Shown here one piece after another: positions 26,202-37,464 of a DNA stretch of 64,000 bases. A program made the translations under genes and the position numbers. Origin of the DNA: an uncultured archaeon (lineage in GTDB: Archaea; Thermoproteota; Nitrososphaeria; Nitrososphaerales; Gagatemarchaeaceae). Positions within the stretch are counted from its first letter, which is position 1. Each line of letters starts with the position of its first letter. The stretch is taken from NCBI GenBank assembly GCA_963799775.1, contig CAWCYD010000003.1, forward strand, positions 480,001 to 544,000. Reading direction: 5' to 3'. The notes under the pieces are model-generated. The model made no database searches, was not told the origin of the DNA, and saw nothing but the letters and a program-made list of their open reading frames with translations.

Positions 26202-27575
26202 ATGGATGAGAGGCACTTGGCTAGGCGTGCGATAATAATGGGGACTGCCGGCAGAGACTTTCACAACTTCAACACATACTTCAGGGACAACCCATCTTAC
26301 GAGGTGGTGGCGTTCACGGCCGCCCAGGCCCCTTACACATCCAGCAAGGCCTATCCTGAATCACTGGCAGGCAGGCGCTACCCCAACGGAATCCCGATCC
26401 ACCCTGAGGACCAGCTGGAGAATCTCCTGCAGAGCGAAGGAGTCAACGACGTCTTCTTCTCTTACAGCGACACGTCCTACGACTACCTGATGCACAGGGC
26501 CTCGATAGCCCAGGCGAAGGGCGCCACCTTCCACCTGCTCGGCCCTGCCGACACGATGATCAAGGCGAACAAGCCGGTCATCGCGGTCGTGGCCGTCAGG
26601 ACCGGGGCAGGGAAGAGCACGATCAGCAGGAAGGTCTCGGACATCCTGGTGAAGCACGGCCTCAAGCCGGTGGTGGTTAGGCATCCGATGCCTTTCAACG
26701 ACTTTTCTGCCCCGTTCCAGCGCTTCGAAGATCCCGAGGAACCTGGACAACTATCACGTCACCGTCGAGGAGAGGGAGGAGTACGAGGGACACTTGAGCC
26801 GCAACCTAGTCGTCTTCACAGGAGTCGACTACAAGGCGATCATGACGGAGGCCGAGAAGGAAGGGGACGTGATAATCTGGGACGGGGGGAACAACGACTG
26901 GAGCTTCTACAGGCCTGACATCAACATCGTGGTCGCCGATCCCATCAGGCAGGGCCACGAGACGCGATATTATCCCGGGGAGACCAACGTCCGCATGGCC
27001 GACGTGGTGGTCGTCAACAAGGTGAACGTCGCGACCAAGGACGACGTCGACAAGACCCTGGTCTCTTGCGCCAAGCTCAACCCGCGAGCGAAACTGGTCC
27101 GGACCCGCTCAGAGGCCGTCTTGGACCACCCCGATTGGATACGAGGGAAGCGCGTAGTGGTCGTCGAGGACGCTCCCTCGGTCACTCATGGTGGGCTCTC
27201 GTACGGAGCCGGGACCGTCGCAGCGAAGAACGTCGACGCCATTCCCGTTGACCCACGCGACAGGGCGGTCGGCGGCATCCGCGCTGCCTTTGAGAAATAT
27301 CCTACTCTCGGCAAGTGGTCCTCCCGGCCCTCGGCTACACCAGCGCGCAGCTTGCCGAGCTCGAGGAGAGCATCAACGCCATAGAGTGCGACGCCGTGGT
27401 GCTAGGCACACCGGCAGACCTGACGAAGCTGATCAAGATCGGCAAGCCGGTCGCGCGGGTCGCCTTCGAGGCCTATGACGAAGGCAAGCCCACACTGGAG
27501 GAGGTGATAGCCGAGAAGATCGAGTCGTTCAAGCGCGCTCCTGTGGCGACGCCGCCTGCCCAAAGGCCGACTTGA
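26202..27575 (+). CDS. cDPG-synthetase-like NTPase (COG2403; arginine synthetase ArcE-like), frameshifted
   Basis: MGTAGRDFHNFN, VRTGAGKST, WDGGNND, YYPGETN. Confidence 0.8.
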
Positions 27576-27580
27576 GTCTC

Positions 27581-28873
27581 TCAGGACGAGAGTATGCTTC
27601 TCAGGACGTTCTTTCCCATGAGCGTCCCGAGCGAGCCGCGCTTCGCATCCTTCTCGGTGAACCTGCATGTCGTGCCTCTCCCGTCGCCGGTGACGAGCAA
27701 GGGCACCGGGTCTGCCGAGTGCATCTTGAGAACGCACGGTGTCGCGTGGTCGCACGAGACGGCAAGCGTCGCCTCGTCTCCTAGGGTCTCGGCCACAGGT
27801 CCGAAGAAGTCCCTGTCGATCCCCTCGATGTTCTTCTTCTTCCCGACGGCGTCTCCATCGTGCCCGAACTCGTCGGGGCCCTTGATGTGCGCGTAGACGA
27901 CCGTCCCGTCTCTGAGCTCTCTCTTGAACTGTCTTGCCTTCCCTGCCACGTCGGACGGGTCGTCGACCTTGACCATCTTCATCTTCAGAAGGATCGCGAT
28001 GCCCACCTCCGCCGGCATCTCGACGAGCGCGACGCCCTTGTAGTGGTGAGTCTCCTCAAAAGACGGCAGAGTCGGGATACTGGATCCTGAGTCCCGGAAT
28101 AGGATGAGGTTCGCAGGCTTCTTGCCCTCTCTCCTCCTCACTTGGTTCACCTTGGCGGAGTCGAGGATCCCCATGGCCTGCTGCGAAAAGGAGTTGACAA
28201 ACTCTGCGGCCCTCTTGGCAGCTGCCGTCCTCTCCAGAGGCTTGCAGGTCTGGATGGCTTCCACGTCCTTCGCCTCTCTCGCCGCGCCGAACCCCTTCAT
28301 CCGCACGTAGCCCGGGTCGGTGTTAGAGATCTCAGCCGAAAGAGGTTCGTCGGCCCGAATCACGAGGGCCGCACGGTGCCCGATTGTGCTGCGGAAGTCG
28401 AATTCCGCGTTCGCCAGCTTGACAGCTTTGAGCTCCTCCTGGAGGTTCTTGGCGTCGCTCGCAGTCATGTCCCTCCCCGCCCGGCGGTCGACTATCTTCC
28501 CCCCTACGGCCGTGGCGAAGTTTGCCCTCAGCGCCAGGTCGCCGTCCTTCATCTCGATCCCGGCACCGATCGACTCGATCACCCCGCGCCCCGGATATCC
28601 CTTCTCGAACCCGTATCCGAGCATGTTGAAGACCGCGATGTCCGATTCCGGCGAGATGCCCTTGCCAACTGTGATCACCTGGCCCATCTCTCCCCTTCTC
28701 GCCATCTTGTCGAGATTCGGCGTGTTAGCTACCTCGAGAGGGGTCGTGTGATTCAGCGAGGGGACGGGCCTATCGCTGCAGCCGTCCAAGAGGATGTATC
28801 CGACCTTCTTCTTCGCCTCGGGCATCTTCCGCCGAGCGCGACAATCTCTCGCATATAACCTTAGAAGCCCCAA
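27581..28873 (-). CDS. apgM: 2,3-BPG-independent phosphoglycerate mutase
   Basis: LLDGCSD, PESD, HIKGPDEFGHDG, DHATP, HSADPVP. Confidence 0.92.
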   Translation of the reverse strand: MGLLRLYARDCRARRKMPEAKKKVGYILLDGCSDRPVPSLNHTTPLEVANTPNLDKMARRGEMGQVITVGKGISPESDIAVFNMLGYGFEKGYPGRGVIESIGAGIEMKDGDLALRANFATAVGGKIVDRRAGRDMTASDAKNLQEELKAVKLANAEFDFRSTIGHRAALVIRADEPLSAEISNTDPGYVRMKGFGAAREAKDVEAIQTCKPLERTAAAKRAAEFVNSFSQQAMGILDSAKVNQVRRREGKKPANLILFRDSGSSIPTLPSFEETHHYKGVALVEMPAEVGIAILLKMKMVKVDDPSDVAGKARQFKRELRDGTVVYAHIKGPDEFGHDGDAVGKKKNIEGIDRDFFGPVAETLGDEATLAVSCDHATPCVLKMHSADPVPLLVTGDGRGTTCRFTEKDAKRGSLGTLMGKNVLRSILSS

Positions 28874-28996
28874 GGGGCCATTTGAATTTCAGAAAGAGCC
28901 TCGAACCTGACGGTCTGGGCCCGCAGAAGTCAGGTGCTAGGCCGATTTCCGCTACAGAGAGGTAATATATCGTGAAGAACAACACATACGCCATCC

Positions 28997-30035
28997 ATGG
29001 TCGAGATAAGGAAGGACTACTTTACAGACAAGCTGTCTGTAGTCACGCTAGACAGAGGCTCACGTTCCCAACTTCGGCCCTTCTCCGACCATGGCGCCAA
29101 GTGCCCGTTCTGCCCGGGCAACGAAGAGATGACACCTCAGGCGGACCTCGTCCTGGTGAAGATGGGCGACACGCTCGTGAAGCAGTCAGATTCCGAAGGC
29201 GACCCTGTGCGCGGATGGGTTGTCAGGGTCTTTCCCGACAAGTTCCCGATAGTCACACCTAACGCCGCGCCTTCATATGGCGAGGCGCCCCATTACAGCG
29301 AGCCTGCCGTGGGCTACCACTACATCATGGTCGCTACCCCAAAGCATGACATCACCTTCGCGAAGATCGACAAGGACCAGTGGACCAGCGTGCTGGCGAC
29401 GATCCAGGACAAGACTAGATGGCTCTACGCCCAGCGTGGGGTCGGGTACGTGGCGATCTTCATCAACCAAGGAAAGACCGCGGGCGCCCTGGTCGACCAC
29501 CCTCACATCCAGCTGGTGACCATACCGAGGTTACCGCCCGCCGTCGAGGCGGAGGCGGTCACGGTCCAGAATTCCCTGAACGAGCTAGGCATCTGTCCGA
29601 TGTGCCAGGTCGTGGCCTCTGAGACGGGCGGACCGAGGCAGTGCCCTCTCGACAGAGTTCTTCATCGCGTTCGCCCCCTGGGCGTCTGCCCATTCGTACG
29701 AGTTCTGGATCTACCCGAAGCGTCACCAGACCAGCCTCCTCAAGCTCTCCCAGAAGGAGCTCATGGACCTGTCCCTGATACTGAGGGCGACCCTAGGCGG
29801 GATGGCCAAGGTGCTTGGCGACTGCGGATTCAACCTCGTCGTCCACAACTCCTCCGAGAAGAAGACGACCAAGCAGATACACTGGCACGTAGAGGTCTAC
29901 CCCAGAGTCTCGACCTGGACCGGCCTGGAACTAGGGTCCGGGGTCTTCGTCAACGAGGTCTCTCCGGAGGTGGCCGCCGAGCAGCTAGGGGCTGCAAGCA
30001 GGCGAGAGCTCGCCCACCTAGTCGGGATCACCTGA
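28997..30035 (+). CDS. galT: Galactose-1-phosphate uridylyltransferase family (frameshift ~29640)
   Basis: CPFCPGNE, GALVDHPHIQ, HWHVEVYPR, GLELGSG. Confidence 0.88.
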
Positions 30036-30041
30036 GCACGG

Positions 30042-31092
30042 TCAGGGCCCGGCAACCGTCGACTTTAGTCGGTCGATCAGCTTTATGCTTGAAGGCTCCA
30101 CCCCGCGGATTATCGCTGCGTAATACGTCGCAAAGTCCACCTGGTACGCCAGGGTGACAAGCTGCGCTAGGTTCCCCTTCCCCTTGCCGTGTATCTCCAG
30201 GCTGCGTATCCCCTTCATGCCCAGGATGTCGACGAACGAGTCCAACCGCATCCTTTCGTATTTGGGCTCCGCCGTGTGCCTCAGGAATATCGGGACCATC
30301 TTCCTCTCTGGCGTCTCCCAGACCTCGACCTCGTTGTGGAAGAGCTCCGGGCCGCAGTCCCAGGAGGCGTTCATCTTCGCGTTCTCGTTGAGGCAGTCCT
30401 TGAAGCGCTCCGCGATGCTCTTCGTCACGGATGAGCCGTAGATCTTTGGAAGTGACCCCCGACGGCGCCACCAGCTGCGCGCACTGCTTCGCAGGGTTCT
30501 GCGACGTGGGAGAGTTCGACGAGAGCGAAGGCGCGACCTTCTTCATCGACTCGATCGCCTCACGGACCTCCCCCCACCTCTTCTCTCCTACGAGCCCCGC
30601 GCTGCGAAGATGGGCAATCGCGGCGAAGAGCACGTGCGGCAGTGAGTACCTCGGGGCCATCTCGATCGGGATGGTGATGTGGGTGACCTTCAGCTCCATG
30701 GCCAGCTCTTGGAGCTTGCCGCCGGAGGAGATGGCGACCATATTGGCCTTCCTCGCCGCAAGCCTCCGCATGAGCAGTATCGTCTCCTCCGTGCTGCCAG
30801 ATGTGCTGCAGACGAGCACGAACGTCCTCGAAAGGTTCACCTTGGGGAGGTAGCCCTTGAAGACGCTGACCTCGGCGCCTCCCGAAGCGAGGAACCAGTC
30901 AGCGATGATGTCGCCGGCGGAGGCCGAACCGCCGTTCGCGACGTAGATCACCCTGTCAAAGTGGCGTGGGGCGATCTCGACCTTGAGGGAGGCCTCTTGC
31001 TCGGCGAAACGCGGCCAGGCCTCGTACACTCGGTAGATGTTCTTAGGATCCGCTCGAGCGATTGCCTGGGGAGATAGTTGGTCCTGGGGCAT
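30042..31092 (-). CDS. Bifunctional phosphoglucose/phosphomannose isomerase (frameshift ~30440)
   Basis: GGSA, STSGSTEET, SSGG, ENAK, PELFHNEVE. Confidence 0.85.
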
Positions 31093-31201
31093 CGTTTGAT
31101 CGCACTTGTGTTTCCTGGGTTTCTGAGCCGTTGCCTCGAACGACGAGTATTAAATGCAGCGCCGAAGGGCCGGGTGTGAGAAGAGCGGGAAGACCCTTCT
31201 C

Positions 31202-31939
31202 TCAGGGAATCTTCCCGTAGCGCTCGATGTAGGCCTTGTCGGCCGCCTTGTGAGCGTCGATGTCACCGATGTCCGTGAACTCCCCCTTGACCTTGAGAGC
31301 ATAGAGCGCCCTGTCGTCGTCCATCGCACCTTTGAACGCCTCCTTAATCCCGTATACCTGTCTAGGCGGGATGTAGCTCAGGAACCTCTTGTCGACTACG
31401 TAGCACCCGACGTTGATCTCGCTCGTCATGACCGGCTTCTCCTTCCACTTCTCGACGCGACCTGAAGGAGTGGTCGATATCACCCCGTAGCTCATCTTGG
31501 TCTCGTAGTCCATGAGGGCCATCGTGACGAACGCTTTCTTCTTCGCGTGGAAGTCCATGAGCTTCCTGAGGTCGAAATCCAATATCGCGTCCCCGTACAG
31601 GCAGACGAACGTCTCGGGGAGGAGCTTCTGGGCGGACTTCAACTGTCCTGCGTGGCCGAGCGGCCTGTCTGACCTCGCATACTCGATCTGCACCCCAAAG
31701 TCTCCGCCGTCCCCGAAGTACTGCTCGATGAGCCTCCCCAGATATCCCGTCGCGATGACGACCTCGCTGATTCCGTTGCGCCTCAGCCAGTCGATTATGT
31801 GTTCCAGGATCGGCTTCGGGCCGACCGCGAGCATAGGTTTCGGCAGGAAGAGGGTATAGGGCCTGAGCCTTGTTCCGAGACCGCCCGCGAGGATTATGGC
31901 CTTGGTCGGCCGTTTAGGTTCTTGGTTGCGACGAGACAG
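31202..31939 (-). CDS. Sugar-phosphate nucleotidyltransferase (start uncertain)
   Basis: AIILAGGLGTRLRPYT..PKPM, YGD, EKP, DIG. Confidence 0.9.
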   Translation of the reverse strand: MSRRNQEPKRPTKAIILAGGLGTRLRPYTLFLPKPMLAVGPKPILEHIIDWLRRNGISEVVIATGYLGRLIEQYFGDGGDFGVQIEYARSDRPLGHAGQLKSAQKLLPETFVCLYGDAILDFDLRKLMDFHAKKKAFVTMALMDYETKMSYGVISTTPSGRVEKWKEKPVMTSEINVGCYVVDKRFLSYIPPRQVYGIKEAFKGAMDDDRALYALKVKGEFTDIGDIDAHKAADKAYIERYGKIP

Positions 31940-31945
31940 AAGGGG

Positions 31946-32647
31946 TCACCTGAGACCTGAAGGTCGATATCGCGTCCCTATATGCTTCAACCCCTTGCTC
32001 CAGGGAGGCCGCGTCGACGCTGATGCCCCTGGCTCCGGACCTCATGACGCTCGAGACGTCGCGGGCGTTCATCCTCTTCTGGTCCTGACGATCAGGGGCC
32101 TTGAGGAGATGCTGGCGAGGACCCCGAGTGTGGCGACGTCTAGGGCGCTGAAGATGTGGTTCCTGCCCTGAGGGGCCACTATCGCCGCCTCAAGGGCCGT
32201 GACCCCGTCAAGCTCAGACAGGCTCTTCACCTGTTCCAGCATGTATCCGGGCCCGATGGAGATCAGCTTCTCGACCCTCGTGTCCTCCAAGACGAAGGGC
32301 GGCATGTGGTGGGCGAACATGTTGACAAAGCTAAACGGCTTCGAGACGATCCTCTCCCAGTTCTCCTCGATCAAGGGCCTGGAGTCCCCGATGGAGATGC
32401 CCACGGGCACGCTCGCGGTGCCCAAGATGGAGTCGATGGAGTCCTCCATGAGGTCGAAGCTCCCGAAAAGGCCGGGAAGCGAGGTGTCTGTCTTGTCTAT
32501 GCCTAGCATGATTGCGTTGGCGCCCGCTTGAGCCGCAACATCCGCGTATTCGCCGTTGTTCTGGGGCAGCGAGGCTATCACAGCCACAGCATCCGCTCCG
32601 GAAACCAGGCTAGCAAGTGGTCTCGGCTGATGCTCGAGGCTTTCCAT
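31946..32647 (-). CDS. Conserved hypothetical protein (frameshift near 3' end)
   Basis: Host-like ORF within the sugar cluster; alpha/beta pattern. Confidence 0.6.
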
Positions 32648-32760
32648 TGCTTCGCACTCATTCCGGTGACGGCCCTTAGAAGAGGCGGGCTCAACAATTG
32701 AAGACAAGCCGATGCATCGCAATTAACTACGAGAGGATGCTCGATGCTAGTCGTTGAACC

Positions 32761-33255
32761 TCAGGGAGAATGGGATCGACTGGTTCCCAAGTGAGGGAGC
32801 GGCGGTGTCAAGGGCCCCGAGAGGGTCCAAGCGAAAGCCGGTTTGTAGGTGACGTCCAATCCCGTGTCGCTCAGCTCCGCTGTGAAGGTGTAGTTGAACA
32901 CGTGGTCCCCACCTGGGGCAATCAGGGCTTGCTGCGGGATGTAGCCCGCATCCATTTGCTCGCCGTTCCCATCGAGCGTGTAGGAGAGGTCGTGCAACGT
33001 GACCGCCTCGGTCCCATAGTTGTGCGCATCGAAGACGACCAGTATCACTATCAAGTAGACCGGAGCCCCCAGCGGCGTTGTCGAGACAATCGAGAGCTGC
33101 AGCCCCTTGGGCGGGGGGCGAGACGATCCATTGAGCGCGACGAAAGAACCCGCGACCACGACGGTGAGAATGACGATGACGAGGAGTGCCCCGACGAGCC
33201 TCCGAGAGACTCGGCCTCCTGTGGGCTCGCCCAGGTCAGCTGCTCGAAGTTTCAA
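32761..33255 (-). CDS. LEA_2-like membrane-anchored protein
   Basis: TM, then HN....VTLHDLSYTL.GNG...IAPG; 3' end probably frameshifted. Confidence 0.6.
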   Translation of the reverse strand: MKLRAADLGEPTGGRVSRRLVGALLVIVILTVVVAGSFVALNGSSRPPPKGLQLSIVSTTPLGAPVYLIVILVVFDAHNYGTEAVTLHDLSYTLDGNGEQMDAGYIPQQALIAPGGDHVFNYTFTAELSDTGLDVTYKPAFAWTLSGPLTPPLPHLGTSRSHSP

Positions 33256-33368
33256 GGCCCAATCTCACCCTTCTCCAGCGAGCCAGATTCGAAAGACTTG
33301 GTGCCAATATGCATTTGCAGAGCCGCTACGAGGAATAGCTGAAGAACCGGCGGGTTCGCGACCGGTCT

Positions 33369-34265
33369 CTACGAGAAGAACCAGATGTTCACGACTATGA
33401 CAATGAAGATGACGGTCAGGTACGGGCTGGACAGCTTGAAGAGAGTCCATGCAGTCTTCGTCGTCTTGTCGATGGCGAGCTTCACGCTGTAGCCCAAGAT
33501 CACGGCTCCCAAAGCGACTGCGGAGATGATGTAGAACGGGCTCGCGGCGTTGGGAACGAGGAGTATCGCCAAGGAGAAGACCACCAGGAGGGAGCTTGTG
33601 ACGGCTATGCAGACCGTGGCCACTCGCTCGCTGACCACCACTGGGAGCATGGGTATCTTGGCCGCCCTGTACTCTTCCCTCTCCTTGATCGCCAGGCTCC
33701 AGATATGGGTGGGAATCCAGACTATCACCAGCGCCGACATGAAGAGCGCAAGGGGGGTGATGGCGTCTGCGACCGCCGTGTACCCTACCAGGACGGGCAT
33801 CCCTCCGGAGATCCCGCCCAGGATGATGTTGAGCCAACTCCTTCTCTTGAGCCAGAGGGAGTAGACCCCCACGTTGTCGACCAGCCCGAAGAGCATGCAG
33901 CCGGCGGCGAGCGGGTTGAAGTAGAGGCAGAGCAGCACGGAGAGCACCGACGTCACCAGGCCGAAGATGAGGGCGTTGCGCGGCGAGACCCTGCCAGATG
34001 GGATCGGGCGGTTGTGAGTCCTCTTCAGCATGCTGTCGATGTCGCGGTCATGGTAGTTCGTCAAGACCTCTGCTCCCATCGAGCCGAGGAGGATCGCCAC
34101 TAGACCGACCGTCAAGGAGACGGCCATCGTGGCCGCCGTGGGGGCTGGGTGCACCTCCCTGAACGCGACAAGCATCCCGGCCATTCCGGTGAAGACCAGG
34201 AGCGTCACGATCTTCGGCTTGGAGAGCTCCCAGTAGAGTCTAACAAGACCTACGGCCGAGCTCAT
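33369..34265 (-). CDS. cyoE: Protoheme IX farnesyltransferase
   Basis: LSKPKI, DRDID..KRT..RPIPSG, YSLWLKRR, WIPTH. Confidence 0.95.
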   Translation of the reverse strand: MSSAVGLVRLYWELSKPKIVTLLVFTGMAGMLVAFREVHPAPTAATMAVSLTVGLVAILLGSMGAEVLTNYHDRDIDSMLKRTHNRPIPSGRVSPRNALIFGLVTSVLSVLLCLYFNPLAAGCMLFGLVDNVGVYSLWLKRRSWLNIILGGISGGMPVLVGYTAVADAITPLALFMSALVIVWIPTHIWSLAIKEREEYRAAKIPMLPVVVSERVATVCIAVTSSLLVVFSLAILLVPNAASPFYIISAVALGAVILGYSVKLAIDKTTKTAWTLFKLSSPYLTVIFIVIVVNIWFFS

Positions 34266-34319
34266 CCTGAGCGCAGCGTTTTTGGCGGCGTGATAAGCCT
34301 TCCGTCTGGAGATTGACTA

Positions 34320-36830
34320 TTACCGGCCGCGACGATGGCGAAAAACGGTCACCCCTGCGACGACGATGACCGCCAAGGCGACGGTCGCGAGCAGCTCGTA
34401 GGCTTGCAGGTTCCCGAAGAGCTGAGGGCCTGGACCCGTCGTTGTCGATGTGGCGGTAGTGAGAGAGGTATGAGGTGGTTGGATGGTCAAGGAGATCACG
34501 TCGCCTGGGGTCACATCGCCACGCCCGAGAGCGCCGTGCAGCCCGGCCTCCCCCAGGACGGGGTGGTTGCTCCCCCCGCTGTCGATGAGGATGTGCATGA
34601 CCCCGTTGCTGTCCGGCGCGATGCTCATCGGAGCGAGAAGAGGCACGTTGAGGTCTATTGTGTCTATGACCTGCCCCGTCGTCGACGAGAGGAATATCAT
34701 CTTGCCGTCCGGCCACTGGGTGACGACCATCCCGCCGGTCGCAATGATGCCCCCGCGGTAGTAGATCGGCCGGGTGTAGTTCCAGAGGACGTCCCCGTTC
34801 GAGGGGTCTATCTTGAGGACGGTCGCGTTCGTCGGCATCTGGCCGGAGAAGTAGAGGTTGGTCCCGAAGACGATGCCTGACTGACCCTTGTACCCTACGT
34901 CGCCGATGTAGTCCTTCTCCATCGGTCCATCCATGACGACCACGTAGAGGTATCTGCCGTCGAAGGCGTTCTCGGACTCCATGAGATACGGAGCCTCGAT
35001 GAACCCAGGCTTCCCGGTCGAGGCAAGCTGCGCGCAGAGCGTGGCGTTCGCCACCGCGCCGCAAGACTGCGCCTCGCCCACTCCCGCGAGCGCCTGACAT
35101 TGCTCATTGGTCCCCACCGGGCAGACGAACTGGTCCATCTCGGTCAGATTGAGAGGGTTGAGCTGCCCTCGCTGGCCCTGTAGGGAGCGCCCGTCACATA
35201 GCCGTGAGGGTGCGGGTTGCTCCCTTGCATCTTCAGCGTCCCTGCGTTATACATGGCGTAGATTTTGTCCCACGTCGCCCCGTAGTTGCAGCTCGAGATG
35301 TCCTGCGGCTGGCACTCGAAGGGCCTGGAGAGGGGGGAGGTGTCCGGGCCGAGAGTGCTGTAGTCAGGCATCGTCGTGTCGAGAATCCATCTCGGCTGGC
35401 CGCTGAGAGCGTCGATCCCGTAGATGACCCCGCTCTTGCAGGCTTTGAGGACCATCTTCTCACCCTGGACCGAGGCGAATATTGTGTTCAGGTTGCAGTC
35501 CTCGTCGTTGAGTGCCCCTTGCGATGCTCTTGTCAGCCCAGACTATCGCTCCGTCGGTCATGTTCACTGCGACGATCGAGTTGGCAAGGAGGTTCGGCCC
35601 CGGACGGAGCGTTGCGTTCCAGTCGGGGCCTGGCTGCGACGTCCCGATGAAGACAAGGCCGTCTTGGTCGTCGAGCGCGTACTGGCCCCACGAGTTGCTC
35701 ATCCCGGTGCTGGGAGCGATGTCGGTCCCGTTCCAGGTGCTCGATAGCGAGGGGAATTGCCAATCGTTCTGGACAAGGTCCGGCGAGAGCGCAGAACACG
35801 GGACCCTGCGACCCAGACGTTCGCGGTTTGGCAGACGGTAGATGACCACGCGGGGTCGCTTCCATCGATAGGAGGCATGAAGAAAGTTCGCCAGAGCATG
35901 CTGCTACCCGGCGAGCAGGCGCCGCCGGCCGATGTCGTGCAGGCCCCGCCGTTGGCAATGCAACCTGGGCTCTGCCCGTCCAGCGCCGCGGAGAGGCTGC
36001 AGGCCTCCACGAAGAACCTCCCTCCGCCGCTCCCTTCAGCTGACCCTCCGGCGTAGTAGAGGATCTCGTTGTGCTTCACATCGACCTGGATCGCGCTGTC
36101 GCCGAACGAATAGTATTGTCCCCACCCGCCGTATTGGCTGTAGTCGCCCGGGATGTCGTTGCACAGGCCAGTGAGGTTCGCGCGCAACGCCCCTGTGGCG
36201 GCGTCCCAGCCCTGCACCTGGCACCCGAACCCGTTCACCCATATCACGCCGTCTGCCATGTTGACCGAGTGGAGGTGGCCGGGCGCACCGGTAGGGGCCC
36301 ATGGCTCTTTGGCGTAGGCAGCCCAATCCATCGAGGGGAGGTCTTGGGTCGTCGACGACCCGGTGGCCAAGTTGAACGCATAGACCGTCAACCCATTGGT
36401 GACCACGAAGGCGGTCCCGTTCGCTGAGAGGACCGGGGCCATCGAGCCCTCAAGATTCGTCGAGTACTGAAGGCCTGGGAAGCGGCTCTGGACCGACGGG
36501 TTGGTCGAAAGTATGCTCGGCAGCGGGAACACATACGAGGCCCCGAGACTGCTGACGCTGCTGGAGTTGATCTGCGTCTGCGGCGAGTAGTTCCACCCTT
36601 GTGTGCCCGTGACCCCCGGGCCTGTGTATTCGGTCCAATCGAGCGTCGAGTAGTTGCCTCCTGAGGTCGCTAGTTGGGCCGCGCTGGCTGAGCCGGTAGA
36701 TGCCAATGCCGTCGCGGTTGAGCTCAGGGGCACTCGAGTCAACGGAAATGCGCCGATGATGAGGATGCCCAAAAGAGAGACGGCCGCCCAAGAGGGCCTT
36801 CGAGGATTTCTCGTTTCTTCCCCTTGACGG
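34320..36830 (-). CDS. Large membrane-anchored PQQ-dehydrogenase-like beta-propeller (several frameshifts, start unclear)
   Basis: WNYSPQTQIN, LWRTF, GTSQPGPDW...GPNL.ANSIVA, KACKSG, C-terminal TM. Confidence 0.8.
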
Positions 36831-36862
36831 CGAAGGCCGCGTTGGCCTTAAGAATCTATCCC

Positions 36863-36890
36863 GAAATCATGTCAATCCTGAGACGATTTC
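36863..36890. promoter_or_regulatory. Imperfect palindrome between divergent PQQ gene and tatA
   Basis: GAAATCATGTCA-ATCC-TGAGACGATTTC, 10 of 12 arm positions pair. Confidence 0.35.
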
Positions 36891-36963
36891 CATCTCTTGA
36901 GCGGGTGGCTTAGACCAATCTTTCGTAAAGCGTAAATAGGCGCTTCCTCGAAAAGGAGGCTAA

Positions 36964-37251
36964 ATGGCACTCGACAGTCCGATTGAGTTGCTTATTGTGG
37001 CGGTTGTCGTGATCGTTTTCCTATGGCAGGGGCCTCAGAAGATACCTCTGTTAGCGAGGGCACTCGGGTCTGCGAAGAAGGAGTTCAACGAGGGAGCGAA
37101 AAGCCCAGCGTCCACGAGCATGATGTCAACCCCAGACGCTCAGAACGGCGAAGACCTGATGGTGGCTGCGAGGAAGCTCGGCATCTCCACGGAAGGCAAG
37201 ACGAGGGAACAGATATCCGCCGAGATAGTCCGAAAGACCGCAGGGACCTGA
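36964..37251 (+). CDS. tatA: Twin-arginine translocase TatA
   Basis: TM + GPQKIP.LARALG.AKKEF; ARKLGISTEGKT. Confidence 0.9.
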   Translation: MALDSPIELLIVAVVVIVFLWQGPQKIPLLARALGSAKKEFNEGAKSPASTSMMSTPDAQNGEDLMVAARKLGISTEGKTREQISAEIVRKTAGT

Positions 37252-37464
37252 TTCCACCAAACGAAGCCGGCTTGCTGTCGAAAAACGTGAATAGTAGCGT
37301 GAGCGACGTCGAATCGCACTCTGCCTCTTCAATCCTTTAAATGAACAGGGTTCACAAGCCAGACCTCGGTTGAGAAAGACGACGACCTGCTGCGGCCGTC
37401 GCACGCGCGATGACGATTCCCTGGTAGTTCGTCAGCCGATTTATCACTCGCGGGTCACACGAAG

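Noticed and set aside
13186-31939. Apparent CTG start codons (DUF47 gene at 13188, nucleotidyltransferase at 31939)
   Set aside because: Indel errors could hide canonical starts; cannot be supported from this sequence alone.
32727-33376. 8-bp direct repeat CTACGAGA including the cyoE stop, flanking the LEA_2 gene
   Set aside because: No recoded tail, no TIRs and host-like codon usage; probably chance.
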